From Okamejei kenojei (taxonomy: Eukaryota): 64,000 bases of DNA. The stretch's first letter is position 1. Every line of letters begins with the position of its first letter. Made by a program: the position numbers and the translations under genes. The notes below the pieces were generated by a model, which worked only from the letters and a program-made list of their open reading frames with translations, was not told the origin of the DNA and searched no databases. Of the stretch, positions 11,729-24,099 are shown one piece after another. Location: contig CM069160.1 of NCBI GenBank assembly GCA_035221665.1, forward strand, positions 8,556,001-8,620,000, given 5' to 3'.

Positions 11729-14029
11729 GGTCCAGGGAGCCAGAGTGAGATGGAGAAGCTTCGGCCTGAAGAAGGACATGCAGGGGAGAGGGGTCCGGAT
11801 CTGCGGAGAGAGAAAGGTCAATTGAGACAGAGATTCACACGCATCTCCTCTAACCTCATAGAGACAGTGAGCAGAGAAACAGACACCTCGGCCCAACTGT
11901 CCCATGCACACCAGGTCCCATTTACGTAGGTCTCACCTCCCCACATTTTGCCCATATTGCTCCAAACCATTCCTATCCATGAACCTGTGTAAATGTGTTT
12001 TTAATTGTCATCTATAATGTTCGTTTTCCCAATGTGGCTTTCAAAACCTCGGCAAGACAGACAAAGAAAACCGCTTCGTCGAATACTAGCACTCAGTCTG
12101 CCAAGACCTGCTGGGTCTCCCAGTTGCTAAACCTTTTAACTCCCCTTCCAATCCCTACTCCACCTTTTCTGTCCCGAGCTTCCTTCTCCGCCCGAGTGAG
12201 GCCGCACTCAAACTGCAGGAACAACAGTCTCTTGCACCTGAATCAGGGGACAACTTCGTCCCCCCTGTTACCAGGCTTCTGAACAGCCCTTCCATAAGCT
12301 GGGGTTCAGTCGCGATTCAACGACTTACCTAATTATGGACAATTGTTTTAGAAATAACAGCAGATGCTGGAAAAATAGAAGGTATGCAAAAATGCAGGAG
12401 AAACTCAGCGGGTGCGGCAGCATCGTTTGAGCGAGGGAATATGCAACGTTTCTGGTCGAGACCCTTCTTCAGACAATTCACCTATTTCTTCAGATTACTT
12501 CGCCTATTCCATCGCTCTGTAGATGCTGCCTCACCCGCTGTTTCTCCAGCATGTTTGTCTACCTTTCATTATGGACAGAGAACTTTACCTGCAACTCCAG
12601 CGCGATGACGCCGAGAACTCTGCACCTTTCTCGTTGCTCTACCCGTCGAGCGAGTTTGGATTGTTTGTATATGTGTCCCCTGTTGCCTGACCTGCTTTGA
12701 ATGCATGGATAGGGGGTGGGCAGGAGGAAGGGTGAGAGGGAGCAGGGACTGTGACGATGCTGTGAGTGTGTCGAGACTTACCTACCGGTTGCTCCCCACT
12801 CCTTGAGGACAGTCCAGAGACTGGCTCCCGCTCGATGCTGGTACCGGCATGGAGATGTGACGCAGCTGCAAGCAATGTTTTCAATGGAGCTGTACCTGTG
12901 CAAATGGCAATAATCTCCACTCGATTTGACTATCCCCGCATGATGTAAATTCCCCTGCCATCAAAGGTTCAAAGGTTCAAAGGTTATTTTATTGGTCAAA
13001 TACACCAATGGGTGTAGTGAAATGTTTCCTGCCAATTCAGGAAAAGTAGAGAGGAAAGTAGAAAGTAGAAAGTAAAGCTCAACTAGGAACTTCTATTGAA
13101 TGAATTTAGTTGCCCTAAGAACATTGGGTGAGTGTTTGCATGTGTTGTGGTGATTAATTTATTAATTTGTGTTTGATTATAGATTATTTATGTGTTTTGT
13201 GTTGCATAGAATATAGGTGCAGAAGGAGGCCATTCAGCACCGCCATTCATTGTGATCATGGCTGATCGTCCGCTATCAATAACCCGTGCCTGCCTTCTCC
13301 CCCTATCCCTTGATTCCACAAGCCCCTGGAGCTCTATCCAACTCTCTCTAAAAACCTTCAGGTGATTTGGCCTCCACTGCCCTCTGTGGCAGGGAATTCC
13401 ATAAATTCACAACTCTCTGGGTACTCCCAGGAAGTAGAGTCTTGTGGACACAAGGAACTGCAGATGCTGGAATCTTGCGTAGAACACAATGTGCTGGAGT
13501 AATTCAGTGGGTCAGGCATCAAATCCGGAGAAGATGGAAAGGTGATGTTTCTGGTTGCGACCCTTCTACTCAGAGAGAAGAGGGTGGGCTTTATTTGTGA
13601 TCACATCGTAGTGCGGCCTAGACAGATCTTCACAGATAATACCATCCCAGGAACTTGAAGTTGTTGCCTCTCTGTATCGCAGGCCGACCGGCGTTCCATG
13701 TAGTCTCATGACCTCGGTTTAAGGTGTAGAAAGGAACTGCAGATGCTGATCTAAACCAGCACATGTAGTTGCTTCGTACACCCGAGTTTAAGGGGTCCAT
13801 CATGAATTGCATATGGGACCAGGCCTCACCTCGATCTGCTCCAACTGCCGTCACCTCCACCCCACACCCCTCCACTCAATACACCACCCCTCAAATTCCC
13901 ACCCCTTCCAACACTCCACACCCCGACCATCATCTCCACCGCTCCCCACACCAATGAGTTCAGAGACTATATTTCATTGGAAGGTTTCCTTTATTGATAT
14001 GTCGACACCCACCGTGTCACGGTACCTCT

Positions 14030-14742
14030 TCAGTGTAAATTCCCTGTATCAGAGGATACAACCTCATCTCGCAGAGGTAGATGCGGGTGACCCAGGAAAG
14101 CAGGGCTTGTCCGGGCAATGGCACCTTATCCCTGGTCACCCGAAAGCCCTGGGCCTGGTAGAGCCGGCTGGCGGGCTGCTGGTCTGTGTAGGTGTACAGC
14201 ACGCACTCTCCGAAGCCGTTGTCCCGGGCGAAACTCCAGCACCCGGCGGGTCAGTCTGCGGCCCAGGCCTAAGCCCCGGCATCGCCGGTCGACAGCGAGA
14301 CGGAGGAGCTGGCAGCATCCCGGCTGTCCCTCGGCGCCTGTGCAGCCACCACTCCTCGCAGTCCACCTACTCTCCCCTCTTCCTCCACCACCAGGAACCC
14401 CGGCCTCCCCATGTACATCCCCTCGATGTCCACCATGTCCGCCTCCAGCATTTTCCTCAGGTAGTTGGTATAGACCATGCGACAGGCCAGGTAGAGCAGG
14501 GCTAGCAGTGCGGCGACGGTCAGAACGACCCAGGCCAGCGCCCGGCTGGCTACGTAGACGGCGGCCCCAGCAACCAGCAGGAGGCAGGGCGCGGGTGGCG
14601 ACCGCAGGGCCCGGCGGAAGGCCGGCCAAGGCTGGTCCAGCTGACCCTCCGAGAATATCCTGCGGGCGTCCGGCGAGTCGCCGACCCGGAACGGGCGCAC
14701 GGTGAAGCGGGGACCATCTCCGGCCTTGTGGGCGGCCGCCAT
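14030..14742 (-). pseudogene. NAT8: NAT8-like copy 5, frameshifted as assembled
   Basis: 713 nt versus 720, from three single-base indels (~14048, ~14232, ~14335) and a 6-nt deletion (~14400). Could be partly sequencing error. Confidence 0.75.
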
Positions 14743-17041
14743 GGTCCAGGGAGCCAGAGTGAGATGGAGAAGCTTCGGCCTGAAGAAGGACATGCAGGGG
14801 AGAGGGGTCCGGATCTGCGGAGAGAGAAAGGTCAATTGAGACAGAGATTCACACGCATCTCCTCTAACCTCATAGAGACAGTGAGCAGAGAAACAGACAC
14901 CTGGGCCCAACTGTCCCATGCACACCAGGTCCCATTTACGTAGGTCTCACCTCCCCACATTTTGCCCATATTGCTCCAAACCATTCCTATCCATGAACCT
15001 GTGTAAATGTGTTTTAATTGTCATCTATAATCTTCGTTTTCCCAATGTGGCTTTCAAGACCTCGGCAAGACAGACAAAGAAACCGCTTCGTCGAATACTT
15101 GCACTCAGTCTGCCAAGACCTGCTGGGTCTCCCAGTTGCTAAACCTTTTAACTCCCCTTCCAATCCCTACTCCACCTTTTCTGTCCCGAGCTTCCTTCTC
15201 CGCCCGAGTGAGGCCGCACCCAAACTGCAGGAACAGCATTCCCTTGCACCTGAATCAGGGGACAGCTTCGTCCCCCCTGTTACCAGGCTTCTGAACAGCC
15301 CTTCCATAAGCTGGGGTTCAGTCGCGATTCAACGACTTACCTAATTATGGACAATTGTTTTAGAAATAACAGCAGATGCTGGAAAAATAGAAGGTATGCA
15401 AAAATGCTGGAGAAACTCAGCGGGTGCGGCAGCATCGTTTGAGCGAGGGAATATGCAACGTTTCTGGTCGAGACCCTTCTTCAGACAATTCACCTATTTC
15501 TTCAGATTACTTCGCCTATTCCATCGCTCTGTAGATGCTGCCTCACCCGCTGTTTCTCCAGCATGTTTGTCTACCTTTCATTATGGACAGAGAACTTTAC
15601 CTGCAACTCCAGCGCGATGACGCCGAGAACTCTGCACCTTTCTCGTTGCTCTACCCGTCGAGCGAGTTTGGATTGTTTGTATAGGTCCCCTGTTGCCTGA
15701 CCTGCTTTGAATGCATGGATAGGGGGTGGGCAGGAGGAAGGGTGAGAGGGAGCAGGGACTGTGACGATGCTGTGTGTGTGTCGAGACTTACCTACCGGTT
15801 GCTCCCCACTCCTTGAGGACAGTCCAGAGACTGGCTCCCGCTCGATGCTGGTACCGGCATGGAGATGTGACGCAGCTGCAAGCAATGTTTTCAATGGAGC
15901 TGTACCTGTGCAAATGGCAATAATCTCCACTCGATTTGACTATCCCCGCATGATGTAAATTCCCCTGCCATCAAAGGTTCAAAGGTTCAAAGGTTATTTT
16001 ATGGTCAAATACACCAATGGGTGTAGTGAAATGTTTCCTGCCAATTCAGGAAAAGTAGAGAGGAAAGTAGAAAATAGAAAGTAAAGCTCAACTAGGAACT
16101 TCTATTGAATGAATTTAGGTGCCCTAAGAACATTGGGTGAGTGTTTGCATCTGTTGTGGTGATTAATTTGTTAATTTGTGTTTGATTATAGATTATTTAT
16201 GTGTTTTGTGTTGCATAGAATATAGGTGCAGAAGGAGGCCATTCAGCACCGCCATTCATTGTGATCATGGCTGATCGTCCGCTATCAATAACCCGTGCCT
16301 GCCTTCTCCCCTATCCCTTGATTCCACAAGCCCCTGGAGCTCTATCCAACTCTCTCTAAAAACCTTCAGGTGATTTGGCCTCCACTGCCCTCTGTGGCAG
16401 GGAATTCCATAAATTCACAACTCTCTGGGTACTGCCAGGAAGTAGAGTCTTGTGGACACAAGGAACTGCAGATGCTGGAATCTTGCGAAGAACACAATGT
16501 GCTGGAGTAATTCAGTGGGGCAGGCATCAAATCCGGAGAAGATGGAAAGGTGATGTTTCTGGTTGCGACCCTTCTACTCAGAGAGAAGAGGTGGTGGTGG
16601 GCTTTATTTGTGATCACATCGTAGTGCGGCCTAGACAGATCTTCACAGATAATACCATCCCAGGAACTTGAAGTTGTTGCCTCTCTGTATCGCAGGCCGA
16701 CCGGCGTTCCATGTAGTCTCATGACCTCGGTTTAAGGTGTAGAAAGGAACTGCAGATGCTGATCTAAACCAGCACATGTAGTTGCTTCGTACACCCGAGT
16801 TTAAGGGGTCCATCATGAATTGCATATGGGACCAGGCCTCACCTCGATCTGCTCCAACTGCCGTCACCTCCACCCCCACCCCTCCACTCAATACACCACC
16901 CCTCAAATTCCCACCCCTTCCAACACTCCACACCCCGACCATCATCTCCACCGCTCCCCACACCAATGAGTTCAGAGACTATATTTCATTGGAAGGTTTC
17001 CTTTATTGATATGTCAACACCCACCGTGTCACGGTACGTCT

Positions 17042-17763
17042 TCAGTCTAAATTTCCTGTATTCAGAGGATACAACCTCATCTCACAGATGTAGATGCGGG
17101 TGACCCAGGAAAACAGGGCTTGTCCGGGCAATGGCACCTTATCCCTGGTCACTCGAAAGCCCTGGGCCTGGTAGAGCCGGCTGGCGGCTGCTGGTCTGTG
17201 TAGGTGTACAGCACGCACTCTCTGAAGCCGTTGTCCCGGGCGAACTCCAGCACCCGGCGGGTCAGTCTGCGGCCCAGCCCTAAGCCCCGGCATCGCCGGT
17301 CGACAGCGAGACGGAGGAGCTGGCAGCATCCCGGCTGTCCCTCGGCCGCCTGTGCCGCCACAACCACTCTCGCAGTCCCACCTACTCTCCCCTCTTCCTC
17401 CACCACCCAGAACCCCGCCCCCGGCCTCCCCATGTACGTCCCCTCGATGTCCACCATGTCCGCCTCCAGCATTTTCCTCAGGTAGTTGGTATAGACCATG
17501 CGACAGGCCAGGTAGAGCAGGGCTAGCAGTGCGGCGACGGTCAGAACGACCCAGGCCAGCGCCCGGCTGGCTACGTAGACGGCGGCCCCAGCAACCAGCA
17601 GGAGGCAGGGCGCGGGTGGCGACCGCAGGGCCCGGCGGAAGGCCGGCCAAGGCTGGTCCAGCTGACCCTCCGAGAATATCCTGCGGGCCTCCGGCGAGTC
17701 GCCGGCCCGGAACGGGCGCACGGTGACGCGGGGACCATCTCCGTCCTTGTGGGCGGCCGCCAT
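17042..17763 (-). pseudogene. NAT8: NAT8-like copy 6, frameshifted as assembled and lacking its own adjacent 5' exon
   Basis: 722 nt, with -1 G at ~17187 and net +3 around 17360-17380. The intron diverges from the array after ~18001. Confidence 0.72.
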
Positions 17764-18479
17764 GGTCCAGGGAGCCAATTTGAGATGGAGAAGCTTCGGC
17801 CTGAAGAAGGACATGCAGGGGAGAGGGGTCCGGATCTGCATAGAGAGAAAGGTCAATTGAGACAGAGATTCACATGCATCTCCTCTAACCTCATAGAGAC
17901 AGTGAGCAGAGAAACAGACCCCTCGGCCCAACTGTCCCATGCACACCAGGTCCCATTTACGTAGGTCTCACCTCCCCACATTTTGCCCATATTGCTCCAA
18001 ACATTTCCAATCCATGAACTTGTCCAAATGTATTTTATTTGTCATCTACACCATCTGGTGTTCCCAATGTGGCTTTCACTACATCGGCCAACATAGACTA
18101 GGAAACCGCTTCGCCGAATACTTGCTCCCGGTCTGCCAAGACCTGCAGGATCTCCCAGTCGCTAAACCTTTTGACTCCCCTTCCAATTCCCACTCCACCC
18201 TCTCTGTCCCGAGCTTCCTTCTCCGCCAGAGTGAGGCCGCACGCAAATTGCAGGAACAGCAACTCACATTCAGACTCACGAACAGCATCTTCCCCCCTTT
18301 TGCGTAGCAAATGACTCGTAGAAACTTCCGCAGATGCACCAGAGGAAGCTTCCGGTTGCGATGCATCACAGCTTCGTTTGCGAACAGCTCTGCCGAAGAC
18401 CGCAGGATATCATAAAGATATCATAGATTCAGCCCGGACACTCCCCACCATTGATTCAATCTCCACTTCATGCTTGCTA

Positions 18480-20058
18480 ACCGTTTCCCTTCCCGCACTC
18501 CCCACCTCACCTGCATCGCCATCGCTCCCCACACCAATGAGCTCACAGACTATAACTCGTTGGAAATTTTCCTTAATCGATATGCCAGCACTCCCCGTCC
18601 CGCTGTCCCGGGCGATCTCCAGCACCCGGCGGGTCAGTCTGCGACCCAGGCCCCGGCATCGCCGGTGAACCGAGAGGTGGGGGAGCTGCAGCAGCCCGGT
18701 TCAGGGTCATGAACCCTACACAGCAACCAGCGGGACAGGTTGCATTCATGGAAAGAAACGCTGCGGATCCAACCCCTTCTTCAGGCATGTCAGGGGATAG
18801 TCTTGACCTGAAGAAAGGTCCAGACCCGAAACGTCACCCATTCAGCCTGAAGAAGAGTCTCGACCCGCAACGTCACCCATTCCTTCGCTCCATAGATGCT
18901 GCTTCAGCCGCTGACTTTCTCCAGCTTGTCGTCTACCTCTTGAACCCGAAATGTCACTCACTCGTGCGTATCAGTGATGGGGGTGGAGGAGCTGCGGCCT
19001 GAAGAAGGAGATGCAGAGGGGTCCGGATCTGCAGAGAGAGAAAGGTCTATTGAGACAGAGATACACATTCATCTCCCCTAATCACATCGAGTCAGCGGGC
19101 AGAGAAACAGGCCATTCGACTCATCTTTCCCATCCACACCAGATGTCCCATTTACGCTGGTCCCACCTGCCCACATTTTGCCCATATTGCTCCAAACCAT
19201 TCCTATCCATGAACCTGTGTAAATGTGTTTTAATTGTCATCTCCAACGCTCGGTTTTCCCAATGTGGCTTTCAAAACATCCGCAAGACCGACAAGGAAAC
19301 CGCTTCGTCGAATACTTGCACTCAGTCTGCCAAGACCTGCTGGGTCTCCCAGTTGCTAAACCTTTTAATTCCCCTTCCAATCCCTACTCCACCCTTTTCT
19401 GTCCCGAGCTTCCTTCTCCACCCGAGTGCGGCCGCACCCAAACTGCAGGAACAGCATTCCCTTGCACCTGAATCAGGGGACAGCTTCGTCCCCTCTGTTA
19501 CCAGGCTTCTGAACAGCCCTTCCATAAGCTGGGGTACAGTCCCGATTCTCCGACTTACACCATTATGGACAATTATTTTAGAAAGAACTGTAGATGCTGG
19601 AAAAATCGAAGGTTGACAAATATGCTGGAGAAACTCAGCGGGCGAGGCAGCATCGTTTGAGCGATGGAATAGGCGACGTTTCTGGTCGAGACCCTTCTTC
19701 AGACTATTCACCTATTCTTTCAGACTACTTCGCATATTACTTCACTCCATAGATGCTGCCTCACCCGCTGAGTTTCTCCAGCATGTTTGTCTACCTTTCA
19801 TTATGGACAGTGAACTTTGCCTGCAACTGCGGCGATGTGACGCCAAGAACTCTGTATCTTTCTCGTTGCTCTACCTGTCGAGCGAGTTTGGATTGTTTGT
19901 ACACGAAACCTTTGTTGCCTGACCTACTTTGAATGGATGGGCAGGAGGAAGGGTGAGAGGGAGCAGGGACTGGGACCTTGCTGTGACTGTGTCGACACTT
20001 ACCTACCGGTTGTTCCCCTCTCCTTCCCCTGTCCAGAGACGCTCGAAGCTGGTACCGG
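18480..20058 (-). pseudogene. NAT8-like copy 7: deleted coding exon remnant plus retained acceptor, intron and 5' exon
   Basis: 3'UTR and motif-A remnant at 18480-18700 (ctccagcacccggcgggtcagtctgcg...), acceptor region at ~18990-19010, array-like intron at 19170-20002, donor at 20002. Confidence 0.8.
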
Positions 20059-20539
20059 AGTGAGAGGGGGAGTGGAGATGATCCACCCCCACCCCACCCC
20101 CCACCCCACCAGGACAACCCATCCGCCCCACACCGCGCCCACCCCCAAACCTTCACCTCCTCCCACACCTCCCCCACCATCCCCTCCCTCACCCCCCCCC
20201 CCCCCCCCCCCCAATACCTGGCCCTCCCTGCCCACACCTCCCACTCCCGTCCTCCTGTGATGAATAGGAACGGCCCCCAAGCTTATGGAAGGTCTGTCTA
20301 AGAGTGTGATAACAGAGGAGAAGCTGTTCCTGGGTCTGCTGGTGCCTGCATTCAAGCTTCTGTACCTTCTATCAGACGGGTGCAAGAAGAAGGAATGGCT
20401 CGGAAGTTTGACAAGTTTTTTGATTATGTTGGCTGCATTTCTGATGCAGCGTTAAATGTAGATCAAACCTCATTGCGAAACTTCCCTTCCCTACACGACA
20501 CGCATTCCCCACGCCTGACCCGACCGTCCCTCGTCATCC

Positions 20540-21140
20540 AGCGCTGCCACCATCTCCCGCAGCCCACCGCCTCCCACCTCCTCCACCGCCCAGAACCCCA
20601 CCCGCGACCACCCCACCTACGTCCACTCAATGTCCGCATCCTGGTTCTGCCTCACGATCACGGCGCAGACCTGGCGGCAGGCCAGGTAGAGCAGGGCTAG
20701 CAGCCCGGCGACGGGGAGAGCGGCACCAGGTCAGGGGCCGGCCGGATCCGTAGACCGCGGCCCCGACAGCCAGGAGGAGGTAGGGCCCGGCGGGAGGCCG
20801 GCCAAAGCAGGTCCAGCAGACCCTCCGAGAGATCCTGCGGGCCGCCGGCGAGTCGCCCACTCGGAACCGGCGCACGTCCAGGAAGCCGCTGGGTGATGGG
20901 GGCGCTTCGGTCTGAGGAAGGAGGCGCGGTGGAGAGGGGTCTCCGACTCTGAGAACTCTGTACCTTATTTGACTTGTCTGTGTTGTGTGTCGCCTGTACC
21001 TGTCTGACTTGTTTGCGTTGCGTGTTGCCTCACAGACTTGGAATTCATGGAGAGGAGAGGGGAGTGTCTGGATGGAGGATGAGATGAGCAGGGACTGGGA
21101 CGGTGCTGGGGTATGTCCACACTCACCTATGGGTTGCTCC
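20540..21140 (-). pseudogene. NAT8-like copy 8: older divergent pseudogene
   Basis: Translates in pieces as DVRRFRVGDSPAARRI...PYLLLAVGAAVYGS... and GFWAVEE. No ATG is seen. Acceptor cctcag at 20912-20914 and donor GTGAGT at 21126. Confidence 0.8.
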
Positions 21141-21249
21141 CATCTCCGCAGATGAATACGATCATGAAGAATATGTACTCCAGTTGCAAAGAAAGTGCAG
21201 GTAAAATAAATAATGCTAGGGCAGGGACGAGGTAGATTGACAGATTGGG

Positions 21250-21530
21250 AATACATTCTTATGGACCTTCACTACACTGAATCCACGTCGACCACTGATC
21301 GCCCGTTCACACTAGTTCTGTGTTATTCAATTTTCCCATCCACTCCTACACACCAGGGCCAATTAACCTATAAACTCTTATGTCTTTGGGACGTGCGAGG
21401 AGACCAGACCCTCCGGAGAAAACCCATTTGGTCACAGGGAAAACGTGCAAACTCCACACGGACTGCTCCTGAGGTCAGGGTCGAACCTGGTTCTATCGGC
21501 AGCTCAATCAGCTGCGCCACTGTGTCACCA
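21250..21530 (-). mobile_element. tRNA-derived V-SINE (HE1-like); further copies at ~34780-35060, 35213-35520, 40905-41205, 43997-44315, 44997-45200, 45448-45742, 45922-46200, 54478-54840, 58385-58662, 59205-59510, 63540-63720
   Basis: A-box GGTGGCGCAGC and B-box GGTTCGATCC/GGTTCGACC heads, central GTGGGTTTTCTCCGG...CTCCCACA domain, and a CR1-like 3' end GGGCCGAAGGGCCTGTTTCC...(CTAAA)n. Confidence 0.85.
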
Positions 21531-22945
21531 GCATTCCATGTGGAAATTGAAACTTTGAACGGATATTTAAACATTTCCTTGGATCGGATTTAGAGAGATA
21601 TGGGTCAACTGCAGGTAAATGGGTCTTGCCCAGAGGACAATATGTAGAAAGGAACTGCGGGTGCTAATTTACGCCGAAGATAGCCACAAAGCGCTGGGAT
21701 ATCTCGGCGGTACAGGTTGCATTTCTGGAGAAAAACGTTGAGGGTCAAGATCATTCTTCAGACATGTCAGCGGATATTCTTGACCCGAAATGTCACATTC
21801 TTGCTTTTCAGAGATGCTGCCTGTCCCGCTGAGTTACTCCAGCATTTTGGGTCTTTCATCAGCCCGATTGGCAACTAGGTCGGCGTGGACAAGCTGGGTC
21901 GAAGCATTACAATCCATGCTGTATGGCTCCATGACTCAGACTGGAGCCTAGCCTTTGGAGATGTAATATGTTGCCTGCCACAATCCTGCTGCACTCCAAC
22001 TTTGCTTGGAAGACAAAAGAAGGAGAAAGACACTTAATAAAGTGGAGTAACTCAGTGGGACAGGCAACATGTCTGGAGAGAAGGAATGGGCGACGTTTCG
22101 GGTCGAGACCCTTCTCAGACTAGTCAAGTCAGGGGAGAGGGAAACGAGCGATATAGCTGATGATGTTGAGAGACACAATACGATGAAATAAATAAATGCA
22201 AAAATGTAACTATGATAAAGGAAACAGGCCCTTGTTACCTGTTTGTTGGGAGAAAACAAGGAGCTGGTGCGACTTGGGTGGGCGAGGGATGGAGAGGGAG
22301 GGAATGCCAGGGTTACTTGAAGTTAGACTCCAGATCCGAAACGTCACACATACATTATCTCCATAGATGCTGTCTGGCCCGGCGAGTTACTCCAGCTATT
22401 TGTGTCTATCTTCAGTTTAAACCAGCATCTGCAGTTCCTTCCTACTCAATATTCATACCGCTGGGCTGCGGTCATTGGAATTGACCTGCTTTGGTCTAAC
22501 CAGGTGCTCTGCCTCTCTTCTTGATAAACTTATTAGTGCTAACAGCAGATAAAAAAAAATACTTATTTCCTTCATTCCCTAATTCTCCGAATAGTCAAGC
22601 GATAGTCATTCAGCACGGAAACAGGCCCCTTGCCCCAACTTGCCTATGTCGGCCAAGATGCCTGTTCTCACTAGTCCCAGCTGCCTGCATGTGACCCATA
22701 CCCTCTACGTCTTTCCTAACCATGCACCCGTCTAAATGTATTTTTAATGTGTTAATACTATTGGCCTCAACTACCCTCCTTTCATATTCCTGACAGATTT
22801 GTTTGTATCTTCTGTAATTGTAGAGCTAATAAAGTACACGCCAACTAAAGGTCCAACAAGTTTATTAGCATATAGTAAAGTTACACTGCAAGTGGTCACC
22901 ACCGTGACTACATCCCGACTAACCACTAGTGGCTAAAAACATTAG

Positions 22946-24067
22946 TAACATATAACCATATAACCATATAACAATTACAGCACGGAAACAGGCCCTCTCG
23001 GCCCTTCCAGTCCGTGCCGACCATTTGTTTTCCCCTAGTCCCATCTACCTGCACTCAGACCATACCCCTCCATTCCCTTCACGTCCATATACCTATCCAC
23101 TTTACTCTTAAATGTTAAAATCGATCCTGCCTCCACCACTTCTGCTGGAAGCTGATTCCACACAGCCACCACCCTCTGAGTAAAGAAGTTCCCCCTCATG
23201 TTACCCCGAAACCTCTGTCCCTTAATTCTCATGTCATGCCCTCTTGTTTGAATCTTCCCTACCCTCAATGGGAAAAACGTATCCACGTCAACTCTGTCTA
23301 TCCCTTTCATCATTTTAAAGACCTCAATCAAGTCCCCCCTTAACCTTCTGCGCTCCAAAGAATAAAGACCTAACTTGTTCAACCTTTCTCTGTAACATAG
23401 TTGCTGGAACCCTGGCAACATTCTAGTAAATCTCCTCTGTACTCTCTCTATTTTGTTGACATCCTTCCTATAACTAGGCGAACAAAATTGTACACCATAC
23501 CCCAGAATTGGTCTTACCAATGCCTTGTACAATTTTAACATTACTTCCCTACTCCTATATTCAATGCTCTGATTTATAAAGGCCAGCACACCAAAGGCTT
23601 TCTTTACCACCCTATCTACATGCGATTCCACCTTCAGGGAACTATGCACAGTTATTCCTAGATCCCTCTGTTCCACAGCATTCCTCAATTCCCTACCATT
23701 CACCATGTACGTCCTATTTTGATTTGTCCTGCCAAGATGTAGCACTTCACACTTATCAGCATTAAACTCCATCTGCCATCTTTCAGCCCACTTTTCCAAA
23801 TGGCCCAAATCTCTCTGTAGACTTTGAAAATCGACTTCATTATCCACAACACCACCTATCTTAGTATCATCTGCATACTTACTTATCCAATTTTCCACCC
23901 CATCATCCAGATCATTGCTGTACATGACAAACAACAGTGGACCCAACACAGATCCCTGAGGCACCCCACTGGTCACCGGCTTCCAACCTGACAAACAGCC
24001 ATCCACCATTACTCTCTGACATCTCCCATTCAGCCACTGTTGAATCCATCTTGCTACTCCGCCATTA
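22946..24067 (-). mobile_element. CR1 LINE (family A), 5'-truncated, young
   Basis: ORF 23035-24171 contains SGVPQGSVLGP, YADD and the CR1 C-terminus. 3' tail (TATATGGT)n. Confidence 0.95.
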
Positions 24068-24099
24068 TATGGTGACTTTAAGGTAAGACACGGACCTGA

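Larger units (their letters stand above)
1..20058 (-). repeat. Tandem gene array, ~3.0/3.6 kb units each carrying a NAT8-like gene
   Basis: Homologous ATGs at 1556, 5121, 8163, 11728, 14742 and 17763 (spacings 3565, 3042, 3565, 3014, 3021). Introns and flanks are near-identical. The window starts inside the long spacer type, so the array may continue to the left. Confidence 0.97.

Noticed and set aside
13041-13077. GAAAGTAGAAAG repeats in S spacers as an ISRE
   Set aside because: The spacing is 3 nt in low-complexity sequence and is not conserved among S copies.
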